NCBI GenBank assembly: GCA_900234795.1 | Contig: LT962688.1 | Coordinates: forward strand, 3,750,001-3,782,000 | Origin: Methylorubrum extorquens | Lineage (GTDB): Bacteria > Pseudomonadota > Alphaproteobacteria > Rhizobiales > Beijerinckiaceae | Reading direction: 5' to 3' | Length of the DNA: 32,000 nt | Shown here: positions 1-7,061 of the stretch, in pieces | How positions within the stretch are numbered: position 1 is the stretch's first letter | Layout of the letters: every line of letters starts with the position of its first letter | The notes under the pieces: model-generated | Databases searched by the model: none | Seen by the model: the letters and a program-made list of their open reading frames with translations, nothing else | What the model was told of the DNA's origin: nothing | Position numbers and translations under genes: made by a program

Positions 1-435
1 GCGGCCGGCCCGCCAACCCGAGTACAAGGACGAGCCTCCTGCATACCAGCCAAGGCCGCGTCCCCGGCCGCAAGTCCCGTCGGTTCATCGCGCGGAGCCA
101 GCACCAGCACCGTCACCGCGTCCGAGGCAAGCCGCACCCGTCCGTGAAACTCCGCCCAAGGCGGTGCAAAGGCAGGAGCGCCCGAAGCCCGTCGCGACAC
201 CGGTCGCCAAGCCGCAGCCGCCGAGGCCGTCTCTCGCCAAGGCACCGCCCCGCCGCGTCGTCAGGCTCCCGCTCCCACGCCTGTCCCTGCCGCAAGCCAA
301 CCGGGCCCCGCGGACCCTGGCGAGGTACCCGGCGAGGTCCTCTTCGTCCTGAAGGCCGACGCGCCCACCGGGAGCCTGCCCGAGATCCTGCGCCGCGAGC
401 GCCTGGCACTGGTCTCCACGGACACCTTCACGCTG

Positions 436-1491
436 GTGCCGGTCACGCTGCACCGGGCCCGCTTCCGTGACCGACGGTCGGTTGCGGAGGTAATCGCCGC
501 CCTGACGCGCGACCCTCGCGTCGCCTCGGCGCAGGCGAACCATGTCTACGCGCTCGTCGGAGAGGCCGTGCCGGTCCTCGCCGGCGCACAGTACGTCGTG
601 AGCAAGCTACGCCTGAAGGAGGCGCACGCCTCGGTTACGGGCAAGGGCGTGACCGTCGCCGTGATCGATTCCGGTGTCGATCTGGGGCATCCCTCGCTAC
701 AGGGTGCCGTGGCGGACCGGCACGACGCGCTGGACGGCGGCAAGCCGGCGGCCGCCCATCCGCACGGGACGGCCATCGCCGCCATCGTCGGCGCGCGCGC
801 CCAACTGGCCAGCGCCGCACCGGAAGCCAGCCTCCTCGCGGTGCGCGCCTTCTCGGGCGAGACCCGGGCCGGCGCCCAGGGCACCACGCTCCACGTTTTG
901 CGCGGTCTCGACTGGGCCGAGCGCAAGGCCGCGCGCGTGGTCAACATGAGCTTTGCCGGTCCCTGGGACGCGGCCCTCTCCGAATTCCTAGCAGCCGGAA
1001 CCGGACGCGGCGTCGTCTACGTGGCCGCGGGTGGCAACGCCGGCCCGGCTTCGCCGCCCCTGTTCCCGGCCGCCGACCCGAACGTCATTGCGGTGACCGC
1101 GACGGACGCCGAGGACAGGCTCTTCCCGGCGGCCAACCGCGGCTCGCACCTTTGCGTCGCCGCACCGGGCGTCGACATCCTCGTCGCCGCGCCGAACAAC
1201 GGATACGGGCTTCTCTCAGGCACTTCGATGGCCGCCGCGCAGGTCAGCGGTGTGGTTGCCCTGATGCTGCAAGCGAGACCTGGCCTCAAGCCCGCCGAGG
1301 TGCGCACCGCCCTGACGCGCAGCGCCCGCGACCTCGGGCCGCCGGGCCCGGACCGTGAGTTCGGCGCCGGCTTCGCCGACGCGGAAGGTGCCGTGCGGTT
1401 CCTGACGACACCCATGGCCGCCAAGGAGCCGGACGGCCCCATGCCGACTGGGGCGAGCGCCACCCCCGTCAGCGCCAGCTCGCAGCCGTGA
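436..1491 (+). CDS. Subtilisin-like serine peptidase (S8 family), 5' end unresolved
   Basis: Catalytic D/H/S motifs occur in order: VAVIDSGVD, HGTAIAAIVGA, GTSMAAAQVSG, plus VNMSFAG. The N-terminal part (RARFRDRRSVAEVIAALTRDPRVASAQANHVY) looks like the end of an I9-type propeptide. The frame stays open back to a TGA at 145-147, with no ATG/GTG/TTG before the GTG at 436. Confidence 0.85.
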   Translation: MPVTLHRARFRDRRSVAEVIAALTRDPRVASAQANHVYALVGEAVPVLAGAQYVVSKLRLKEAHASVTGKGVTVAVIDSGVDLGHPSLQGAVADRHDALDGGKPAAAHPHGTAIAAIVGARAQLASAAPEASLLAVRAFSGETRAGAQGTTLHVLRGLDWAERKAARVVNMSFAGPWDAALSEFLAAGTGRGVVYVAAGGNAGPASPPLFPAADPNVIAVTATDAEDRLFPAANRGSHLCVAAPGVDILVAAPNNGYGLLSGTSMAAAQVSGVVALMLQARPGLKPAEVRTALTRSARDLGPPGPDREFGAGFADAEGAVRFLTTPMAAKEPDGPMPTGASATPVSASSQP

Positions 1492-1546
1492 CGATGGCGG
1501 CCAGTCGTGACGGCGAGAGCTACGACGCGAAATCCTCCTCCGGGAT

Positions 1547-1581
1547 TGAACCGTTCGCCTCGTCCGGGCGACCCATGAAGG
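1547..1581 (+). promoter_or_regulatory. Putative ECF-type promoter (TGAACCG-N15-CGACC) upstream of the ECF sigma gene
   Basis: TGAAC at 1547-1551, 17-nt spacer, CGAC at 1569-1572, then cATGAAGG. The same extended motif recurs on the minus strand at 5302-5268. Confidence 0.45.
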
Positions 1582-1588
1582 GGCGCGG

Positions 1589-2149
1589 ATGAGCACGCCT
1601 TCCGACGAGGACCTGATCTGGCGCATCGCCGGCGGCGACCGCTCGGCGATGCAGGGCCTCTACGCCCGGCACGCGACGGCCGTGTTCCGCTTCCTCGTCC
1701 GCATGGTGCGCGACCCGAGCCGGGCGGAGGACCTGATGAGCGACGTCTTCTTCGATGTCTGGCAGCAGGCCGGCCGCTTCGAGGGTCGGTCCAGCGTCAC
1801 GACCTGGATGCTGACCATCGCCCGCTTCAAGGCGCTCTCGACCCTGCGGCGACGCCCGCACGAGCCGCTGGAGCCGGAGATGGCCGAGGCGGTCGAGGAC
1901 GAGGCCGATACGCCCGAGGTCACGCTGCAGAAGGCGAGCAAGGCGGAGGCCATGCGCCGCTGCCTCGACCTCCTCTCGGTCGAGCACCGCACCGTGATCG
2001 ACCTCGTCTACTACCACGAGCTCGGCGTCGGGGAGGTGGCGCAGGTGCTCGACATCCCGGCGGGCACCGTGAAGACCCGCCTGTTCCACGCCCGAAAGCG
2101 CCTGTCGGACCTGCTCTTGAAGGCCGGCATCGATCGGGGATGGCCGTGA
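1589..2149 (+). CDS. ECF (sigma-70 family, RpoE-like) RNA polymerase sigma factor
   Basis: Region 2-like DLMSDVFFDVWQQAGRFEGRSSVTTWMLTIARFKALSTLRRR. Region 4-like LLSVEHRTVIDLVYYHELGVGEVAQVLDIPAGTVKTRLFHARKRL. ATG start, followed 10 nt later by the partner gene. Confidence 0.9.
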   Translation: MSTPSDEDLIWRIAGGDRSAMQGLYARHATAVFRFLVRMVRDPSRAEDLMSDVFFDVWQQAGRFEGRSSVTTWMLTIARFKALSTLRRRPHEPLEPEMAEAVEDEADTPEVTLQKASKAEAMRRCLDLLSVEHRTVIDLVYYHELGVGEVAQVLDIPAGTVKTRLFHARKRLSDLLLKAGIDRGWP

Positions 2150-2159
2150 GGAGGCTGCG

Positions 2160-2843
2160 ATGACCACAACCGACCCCGGGCGCGACGAGGACGACCTCAT
2201 CCTGCCCTGGCACGCAACCGGCCGCATCGATCCCGCGGCAGGGGCTCGGATCGAGGCAGCGCTTGCCCGCGACCCGGAGCTCGCCCGCCGCCTCGACCTG
2301 GTCCGGGCCGAGCGGGATGGGACAGTCGCCGTCAACGAAGCCCTCGGCGCGCCGTCGATGAAGGTCGGCGACGACCTGTTCGCGCGCATCGACGCGGACC
2401 TCGCGGCGCGGGAGCGCGGACCGCGTGGCTGGCTGCGGCGGATGGGGGAGGCGCTGGCGGGTCTGTCACCGCCGATGCTGGCGGGCTCGGCCCTCGCCGC
2501 CTGCCTCCTACTCCTGCTGCAGGCGGGGCTGCTGACGAGCGCGTGGCTGGGCGGTTCGCCGACGACCTACGAGACCGCTTCCCACGATGCGAGCGGGCCT
2601 TCGGCGAGCGGCACCTTCCTCCTCGTCACCTTCGGGCCGACGGCCACGGCGGCGCAGATCACCGAAGCCCTCGCGGAGACCGGGTTGTCCATCGTGGATG
2701 GGCCTCGTGCCGGTGGCATCTATCGCCTGCGCCTCTCGGACGGGACCGAAGGTCGAGGTTCGCCGAGCGCCGTCGTCGACCGGCTGCGCACGAAGCCCGG
2801 CCTGGTCGTGCTCGCGGTACCTGAGCCGGTGCCGGCTCGCTGA
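2160..2843 (+). CDS. Putative membrane-spanning anti-sigma factor
   Basis: Sits immediately downstream of the ECF sigma gene, with SD GAGGAGG 6 nt before the ATG. Has the N-terminal LILPWHATGRIDP motif typical of alphaproteobacterial anti-sigma N-domains, a single central TM segment (LAGSALAACLLLLLQAGLLTSAWL) and a C-terminal periplasmic domain. Confidence 0.6.
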   Translation: MTTTDPGRDEDDLILPWHATGRIDPAAGARIEAALARDPELARRLDLVRAERDGTVAVNEALGAPSMKVGDDLFARIDADLAARERGPRGWLRRMGEALAGLSPPMLAGSALAACLLLLLQAGLLTSAWLGGSPTTYETASHDASGPSASGTFLLVTFGPTATAAQITEALAETGLSIVDGPRAGGIYRLRLSDGTEGRGSPSAVVDRLRTKPGLVVLAVPEPVPAR

Positions 2844-2858
2844 CGGACGGGGGTTTGG

Positions 2859-3221
2859 ATGCGCGGTGTCCTGATGCTCGCCCTTCTGGCGCTTGCCGGC
2901 TCGGCCCTGGCGCAGCCCATGCGCAGCGTGCCCCTTGCGGACGACGGCTGGTGGGTAGTGCTCGGCTCCTTCGACAACAACGGCGGGTCGGGCAGCCGTG
3001 CCGCCGATGTGGCCGTTGCGAGCATGCGACGGCAGGCGCAGTCCTGCGGTGAGAGACCCTTCAACGACGTCTCGGAAAAGTTCATGGGGTTTGCGCCGGG
3101 CTTCGACATCTCGGTGCTCGGCGCATATCCGACGCGGGCACGTGCCGAGGCGGCCCGGTCCAGAATAGGGGCCTGCGTGCCGGGCGCCTATATTCGACGC
3201 GCGCGATGCGCCGGCGAGTGA
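2859..3221 (+). CDS. Small secreted hypothetical protein (possibly SPOR-like fold)
   Basis: Signal peptide MRGVLMLALLALAGSALA|QP. The mature part (WWVVLGSF...YPTRARAEAARSRI) is weakly reminiscent of SPOR repeats. Coding-like G/C third positions. Confidence 0.45.
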   Translation: MRGVLMLALLALAGSALAQPMRSVPLADDGWWVVLGSFDNNGGSGSRAADVAVASMRRQAQSCGERPFNDVSEKFMGFAPGFDISVLGAYPTRARAEAARSRIGACVPGAYIRRARCAGE

Positions 3222-3252
3222 ACGCCGGGCGAAGGACCGAGGCCAGGAGTGC

Positions 3253-4290
3253 ATGCGTCGCTTTCCGCCGGAACGGATCGTCTGCCTGACGGAGGAGACG
3301 GTCGAGACCCTCTACCTGCTGGGCGAGCAGGACCGCATCGTCGGCGTTTCGGGCTACGCCGTCTGGCCGGCCCAGGTCCGGCGCGAGAAGCCGCGGGTCT
3401 CGGCCTTCACCAGCGCGGACATCCCGAAGATCCTCGCGCTCGCCCCCGACCTGGTGCTGACCTTCTCGGACCTGCAGGCCGGCATCGTCGCCGATCTCAT
3501 CCGGGCGGGTGTCGCCGTGCACGCGTTCAACCACCGTGACGTGGCCGGCGTCCTCGCCATGATCCGGACGGTGGGCGCGCTGGTCGATGCCCGAGACAAG
3601 GCCGAGACGCTCGCGCTCGGGTACGAGGACCGGCTCGCGCAAATGGCGGCGGAGGCGCGGGGACGCCCGCGGCCACGGGTGTACTTCGAGGAGTGGGACG
3701 AGCCCCTGATTTCCGGCATTGGCTGGGTCTCGGAGCTCGTGCGCGTCGCCGGGGGTGAGGACGTATTCCCGGAGCTCGCAGCCCAGGCCGCCGCGAAGGA
3801 CCGCATTGTCGCGCCCGAAGCGGTGGTCGCCGCGGCACCCGACGTGATCCTCGCCTCGTGGTGTGGGAAGAAGGTGGTGCCGGCTCGCATCGCGGCGCGG
3901 CCGGGTTGGGACGCCATCCCGGCGGTGCGGGAGAACCGCATCGTCGAGATCAAGTCGCCGCTGATCCTTCAGCCGGGTCCCGCCGCCCTGAGCGACGGTC
4001 TCGACGCGATCCGGCAGGCGCTGGCACCGTTGACGAATGCCTTGGATGCTGCCCCGCCGCGGCCGCCCTGGCCCCTCTCCGGGAGGCACCGGGCCGTCCT
4101 TCTGAAGGTTCCGGACGAGGGTTGGATCGAGGGTTCGCGTATCGACGGACGCTGCCTTGACGTCCTCCTGCGCCGCGGCTGGATCAGGAGGGTGCACGTC
4201 GACGGTCGCCGGCAGTCCCGGCGTGACGGCTATCAGAGGACTCCCGCGGCACGGGCGGCCCTCTTCCCGGGTGTGCAGCCGACCACCTGA
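3253..4290 (+). CDS. BtuF/TroA-like (Peripla_BP_2-type, 'cobalamin-binding protein'-like) protein without signal peptide, with extra C-terminal ~85 aa
   Basis: SD AGGAG before the ATG. N-terminus RIVCLTEETVETLYLLGEQDRIVGVSGY, then PDLVLTFSDLQ, VYFEEWDEPLISGIGWVSELV and DVILASWCGKK are typical of class III substrate-binding folds. There is no N-terminal hydrophobic segment. Confidence 0.7.
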   Translation: MRRFPPERIVCLTEETVETLYLLGEQDRIVGVSGYAVWPAQVRREKPRVSAFTSADIPKILALAPDLVLTFSDLQAGIVADLIRAGVAVHAFNHRDVAGVLAMIRTVGALVDARDKAETLALGYEDRLAQMAAEARGRPRPRVYFEEWDEPLISGIGWVSELVRVAGGEDVFPELAAQAAAKDRIVAPEAVVAAAPDVILASWCGKKVVPARIAARPGWDAIPAVRENRIVEIKSPLILQPGPAALSDGLDAIRQALAPLTNALDAAPPRPPWPLSGRHRAVLLKVPDEGWIEGSRIDGRCLDVLLRRGWIRRVHVDGRRQSRRDGYQRTPAARAALFPGVQPTT

Positions 4291-4372
4291 ACGGAGGCAC
4301 CGCGCTGCCTTCAGAAGCCGTTCAACGGGACGGTCCTAGCCTTCACCCGAGAACGCCCAAGAGGTTTGAGCG

Positions 4373-4609
4373 ATGAAGACACGTCTTGCAGCCCTGATCA
4401 CAGCCGCGGTCATCCTCGTCCCGGCGTCCGCGTCTGCCCAATACTACGAGTACGGCCCGCGTCGGCATCACCATCACCACCAGCATGTCGATGTGTACCG
4501 GCACGGGGACCACGACCACGTGGTCACGCGGCGACACCATGGCGACCACGACGACGTCAGCGACCACGTTGTCGAGCGCCGCCATCACCATCATCCCTAC
4601 GGCTACTAA
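4373..4609 (+). CDS. Small exported His-rich protein (78 aa)
   Basis: SD AAGAGG. Signal peptide MKTRLAALITAAVILVPASASA|Q. Mature part RRHHHHHQHVDVYRHGDHDHVVTRRHHGDHDDVSDHVVERRHHHHPYGY. Followed by a strong hairpin. Confidence 0.75.
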   Translation: MKTRLAALITAAVILVPASASAQYYEYGPRRHHHHHQHVDVYRHGDHDHVVTRRHHGDHDDVSDHVVERRHHHHPYGY

Positions 4610-4618
4610 GAACGGGAA

Positions 4619-4652
4619 ACCCGCCCGGGCTTCCGTGGAGGCTCGGGCGGGT
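4619..4652 (+). terminator. Terminator-like GC hairpin after the first His-rich ORF
   Basis: acccgcccgggc / 10-nt loop / gctcgggcgggt, with 11 of 12 positions pairing. Starts 10 nt after the stop codon. No clear T-tract. Confidence 0.45.
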
Positions 4653-4752
4653 GCAGGGTATCGATACCGCAGGTCGGTCGAGCGCAAGAAGTGGCAGGAG
4701 CCGGCTGCGAACGGCCTTCCGGCCCCCTGTGAGATGGACTGCCGGGAGAGGG

Positions 4753-4926
4753 ATGGGCAGCAAGAAGCTCGCGCGGAAGACCGCGACCTTGGTGTCAGAC
4801 GGGCCGAAAGGACGGCGCCGGGTGCGGAAGCATGTCCTCGCCGCGGCGACGAGGAGCTTCGTCCTCGCCGCTGGCATGCTCGTCGCGTTCTGGACGGCAG
4901 TCTTCCTGCTGGGCGCGATGCCCTGA
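4753..4926 (+). CDS. Possible 57-aa tail-anchored small membrane protein
   Basis: ATG preceded by GGGAGAGG. Sequence MGSKKLARKTATLVSDGPKGRRRVRKHVLAAATRSFVLAAGMLVAFWTAVFLLGAMP: a basic N-half and one C-terminal TM segment. By hand count, third codon positions are overwhelmingly G/C. Confidence 0.3.
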   Translation: MGSKKLARKTATLVSDGPKGRRRVRKHVLAAATRSFVLAAGMLVAFWTAVFLLGAMP

Positions 4927-4961
4927 GCCCTGAATGGGCGAGCACCTCAGCTTAGCGGTCC

Positions 4962-5228
4962 TCAGAAGCAGACCCTGCGCACGACAAGGTCCCCGAACTC
5001 GGTGAAGCCGCGCCGGACGTGGCAATGACCCCAGTGCCCGTGACCAACGTGGCCGTGCCAGTGGCCATGGCCATGCCCGAAATGGCCGTGCCCGTGACCG
5101 TGCCCGTGACCAAAGTGGCCGTGCCCGTGACCGAAGTGGCCGTGGCCATGGGCGGACGCCGCTGTCGCACCGAAGACACCGAGGCTGGCCAGGAGAACGA
5201 GCGGGAAGAGCTTGCGAGTACCGAACAT
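4962..5228 (-). CDS. Small exported HG-repeat protein (88 aa)
   Basis: SD AGGAGG 4 nt before the ATG. Signal peptide MFGTRKLFPLVLLASLGVFGATAASA|H. Mature part HGHGHFGHGHGHFGHGHGHGHGHFGHGHGHWHGHVGHGHWGHCH plus a short tail ending in F. Confidence 0.75.
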   Translation of the reverse strand: MFGTRKLFPLVLLASLGVFGATAASAHGHGHFGHGHGHFGHGHGHGHGHFGHGHGHWHGHVGHGHWGHCHVRRGFTEFGDLVVRRVCF

Positions 5229-5267
5229 GATGACCTCCTTTGATTGAGGGCCTGTGATCGGCCCTGA

Positions 5268-5302
5268 CCTTCATTGGTCGTGGGAGGAGTCGAGTCGGTT
5301 CA
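5268..5302 (-). promoter_or_regulatory. Putative ECF-type promoter for the HG-repeat ORF
   Basis: Minus strand reads TGAACCG-N15-CGACCaATGAAGG (TGAAC 5302-5298, CGAC 5280-5277). All conserved positions and the spacing match the motif at 1547-1581. Confidence 0.5.
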
Positions 5303-5491
5303 TCGACGGCTTGAAAAAAGTTCTGCGTCGGCGTCGGCAACGGACTGCCGTTGGTGGGAGGCCGAGAAGAGCGGTTCGCGCTGCAGGTGTATGGGTGGCG
5401 GGGCGGGCGAGAGGCGCAAAAAAGGGCCGCCTTGTCTCACCTTATGGAAACTCACCAAGCATCCGCGGCGCGCTCTATTCCAAAAAACATT

Positions 5492-5517
5492 GGATCGGTT
5501 TGGCAGTCCCTGACGTT
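5492..5517 (+). promoter_or_regulatory. Putative ECF-like promoter GGATC-N17-CGTT
   Basis: GGATC 5492-5496, 17-nt spacer, CGTT 5514-5517, 37 nt before the ATG at 5554. The same motif and spacing occur before the paralogue at 12901-12926. Confidence 0.4.
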
Positions 5518-5553
5518 TCGGGCGTCGACATTCATCATGATGGATCCGATACC

Positions 5554-5796
5554 ATGAAGATTACCCTGCCGGTCCTAGTTGCCGCTGCGTCGCTGGTCCT
5601 TGCACCCGGCTACGCCCTGGCGCAGCACATCGACGTCGGCCCGGGCGGCGTCTCCGTCCATGGGCACAGTCATGGGCACGTCGAGCGGCACGAGCACGTC
5701 GAGCGCCACCATCATCACGGCGACCGCCACGTCGACCACCATGACGACCATCACGGAAGTCGCGAGCGGGTAACTGTAGAAAAGCACCGGCACTGA
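5554..5796 (+). CDS. Small exported His-rich protein (80 aa), paralogue of 12958..13200
   Basis: Internal ATG of ORF 5254..5796 chosen because it starts a signal peptide, MKITLPVLVAAASLVLAPGYALA|Q. Mature part HIDVGPGGVSVHGHSHGHVERHEHVERHHHHGDRHVDHHDDHHGSRERVTVEKHRH. Confidence 0.8.
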   Translation: MKITLPVLVAAASLVLAPGYALAQHIDVGPGGVSVHGHSHGHVERHEHVERHHHHGDRHVDHHDDHHGSRERVTVEKHRH

Positions 5797-5818
5797 CCGA
5801 GCGCCGGCCCCAAAGCAG

Positions 5819-5846
5819 ACAGGGCTGCCCGAGAGGGCAGCCCTGT
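5819..5846. terminator. Bidirectional terminator-like hairpin between convergent His-rich ORFs
   Basis: acagggctgccc / gaga / gggcagccctgt is a perfect 12-bp stem with a tetraloop, followed by cgcgtttgcg. Confidence 0.55.
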
Positions 5847-5863
5847 CGCGTTTGCGCGTTGCC

Positions 5864-6187
5864 TCAGAAGTGATGGTGATGACGGCGGTGATGGTGGTGG
5901 TGGCCCCAGCCGTGATGATGGTGGCCCCAGCCATGGTGATGATGGCGACGATAGTGGTGGTGGTGCCCCCATCCGTGATGGCGGTGGCCCCAGCCGTGAT
6001 GGTGATGATGACGACGGTGGTTATGATGATGGAACTGCACCTGCCGGAGCGCGTCCGCATCGCCGGCAAGGGTCGAGGCCGGCACGGCGCCGAGCGGAGC
6101 CGCGTTCGCCGGGACCGTCATCGGGCCGAACTGCAGGAACCCGGCAAGCGTCAGGGCGAGCATCGCGGCGAAAAATCGTTTCGACAT
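5864..6187 (-). CDS. Small exported GWGHHHH-repeat protein (107 aa)
   Basis: Internal ATG at 6187 has SD AGGAGG 5 nt upstream. Signal peptide MSKRFFAAMLALTLAGFLQFGPMTVPANA|A. C-terminal half HHHNHRRHHHHHGWGHRHHGWGHHHHYRRHHHHGWGHHHHGWGHHHHHRRHHHHF. Confidence 0.8.
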   Translation of the reverse strand: MSKRFFAAMLALTLAGFLQFGPMTVPANAAPLGAVPASTLAGDADALRQVQFHHHNHRRHHHHHGWGHRHHGWGHHHHYRRHHHHGWGHHHHGWGHHHHHRRHHHHF

Positions 6188-6374
6188 CGTTTCCTCCTGA
6201 GTCTGCAATGGATGTCTCGGATGCGAACCGTCATCCGTTGCTGGCCATCCTTGAACGCGCGAGCGTACTAAACCGCTGCACGGCGTCATGCTCGGCGCGG
6301 TAAGCTTTGCAACTGGTTCGACGAATTATGTTTACCTTGCCGACGGGGGGGCGACGCCCGCACACCTGCTCGGC

Positions 6375-6400
6375 GGAACCCATGCGCCAGCTTGGCCGTT
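6375..6400 (+). promoter_or_regulatory. Putative ECF-type promoter GGAAC-N17-CGTT
   Basis: GGAAC 6375-6379, 17-nt spacer, CGTT 6397-6400, about 120 nt upstream of the ORF at 6523. Lies in the divergent intergenic region. Confidence 0.35.
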
Positions 6401-6522
6401 CAGATCTGCGCTTCATCCGTCCCGGCATACTCGTCCGGGGACCGGCAAGTCGCCGTCGGGCCTAAGCCCGCACGCACGGGCCGCCCCGGCCGGTGCGGAA
6501 CATAAGACAACGAGGAAATTCC

Positions 6523-6759
6523 ATGAGGAAATCCCTGCTCGCCCTGGCCGTGCTGGCCTCGTTCGGCGTCGCCGGCGCCGCATCCGCCGCCCCAGTCCTC
6601 CCGGGCGCCGTGTCGGCTCCCTCAGAGGTCATCGACGTGCGTATGGAGCGCCATCACCACCACATGCGCGGCCACCGTCGCGGGCACCATCACATGCGCC
6701 ACCACCACCACCGCGGCCACATGATGCGCCACGGCCGCCGTCACCATCACCACATGTGA
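6523..6759 (+). CDS. Small exported His/Arg/Met-rich protein (78 aa)
   Basis: ATG at 6523 preceded by GAGGAA. Signal peptide MRKSLLALAVLASFGVAGAASA|A. Mature C-half ERHHHHMRGHRRGHHHMRHHHHRGHMMRHGRRHHHHM. Confidence 0.75.
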   Translation: MRKSLLALAVLASFGVAGAASAAPVLPGAVSAPSEVIDVRMERHHHHMRGHRRGHHHMRHHHHRGHMMRHGRRHHHHM

Positions 6760-6765
6760 GCCTCG

Positions 6766-6798
6766 GCCGGGCCGGGCATCATGTTGCCCCGGCCCGGC
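6766..6798 (+). terminator. Terminator-like hairpin
   Basis: gccgggccggg / 11-nt loop / cccggcccggc is a perfect 11-bp stem starting 7 nt after the stop. Confidence 0.4.
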
Positions 6799-7061
6799 AT
6801 CCCCTGCCGGCGCAAGGGTTCGCACCCTTGGAGGCTCGGCGCCGCAGACGCCGGTAAAGGACCTGCACAGCTTCTGCCCCGCGATCCCTTGCGCGATACG
6901 CACGGATGAAGTCCGCCCCGACATCCAGCGGCACCGCGGCGAGCACCCCCTATCCGAGCCCGTCCGGCTTCCCCTGGGCGCAGGTCCCTCGATGACCGCC
7001 GATCCGGAGCAGGGCGCCGACGGCCCCGCGCCTCATGGCCATCGCTCTTGGCCGAGCCACC

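Noticed and set aside
5500-5517. TTGGCAG...sequence looked like a sigma-54 -24/-12 element
   Set aside because: The -12 position reads GACG rather than TTGC at the required spacing. The same bases fit better as the spacer and -10 of the GGATC-N17-CGTT motif.
5254-5553. Long 5' extensions of the His-rich ORFs (5254..5796, 5864..6289, 6493..6759, 12910..13200)
   Set aside because: In each case an internal ATG with an SD begins a canonical signal peptide. The extensions have no coding character and would bury the signal peptide.
5019-6010. Short direct DNA repeats could suggest a CRISPR or non-coding repeat array
   Set aside because: The repeats are contiguous, have a period that is a multiple of 3, and lie inside ORFs encoding HG/GWGHHHH peptide repeats. 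There are no spacers and no cas genes.
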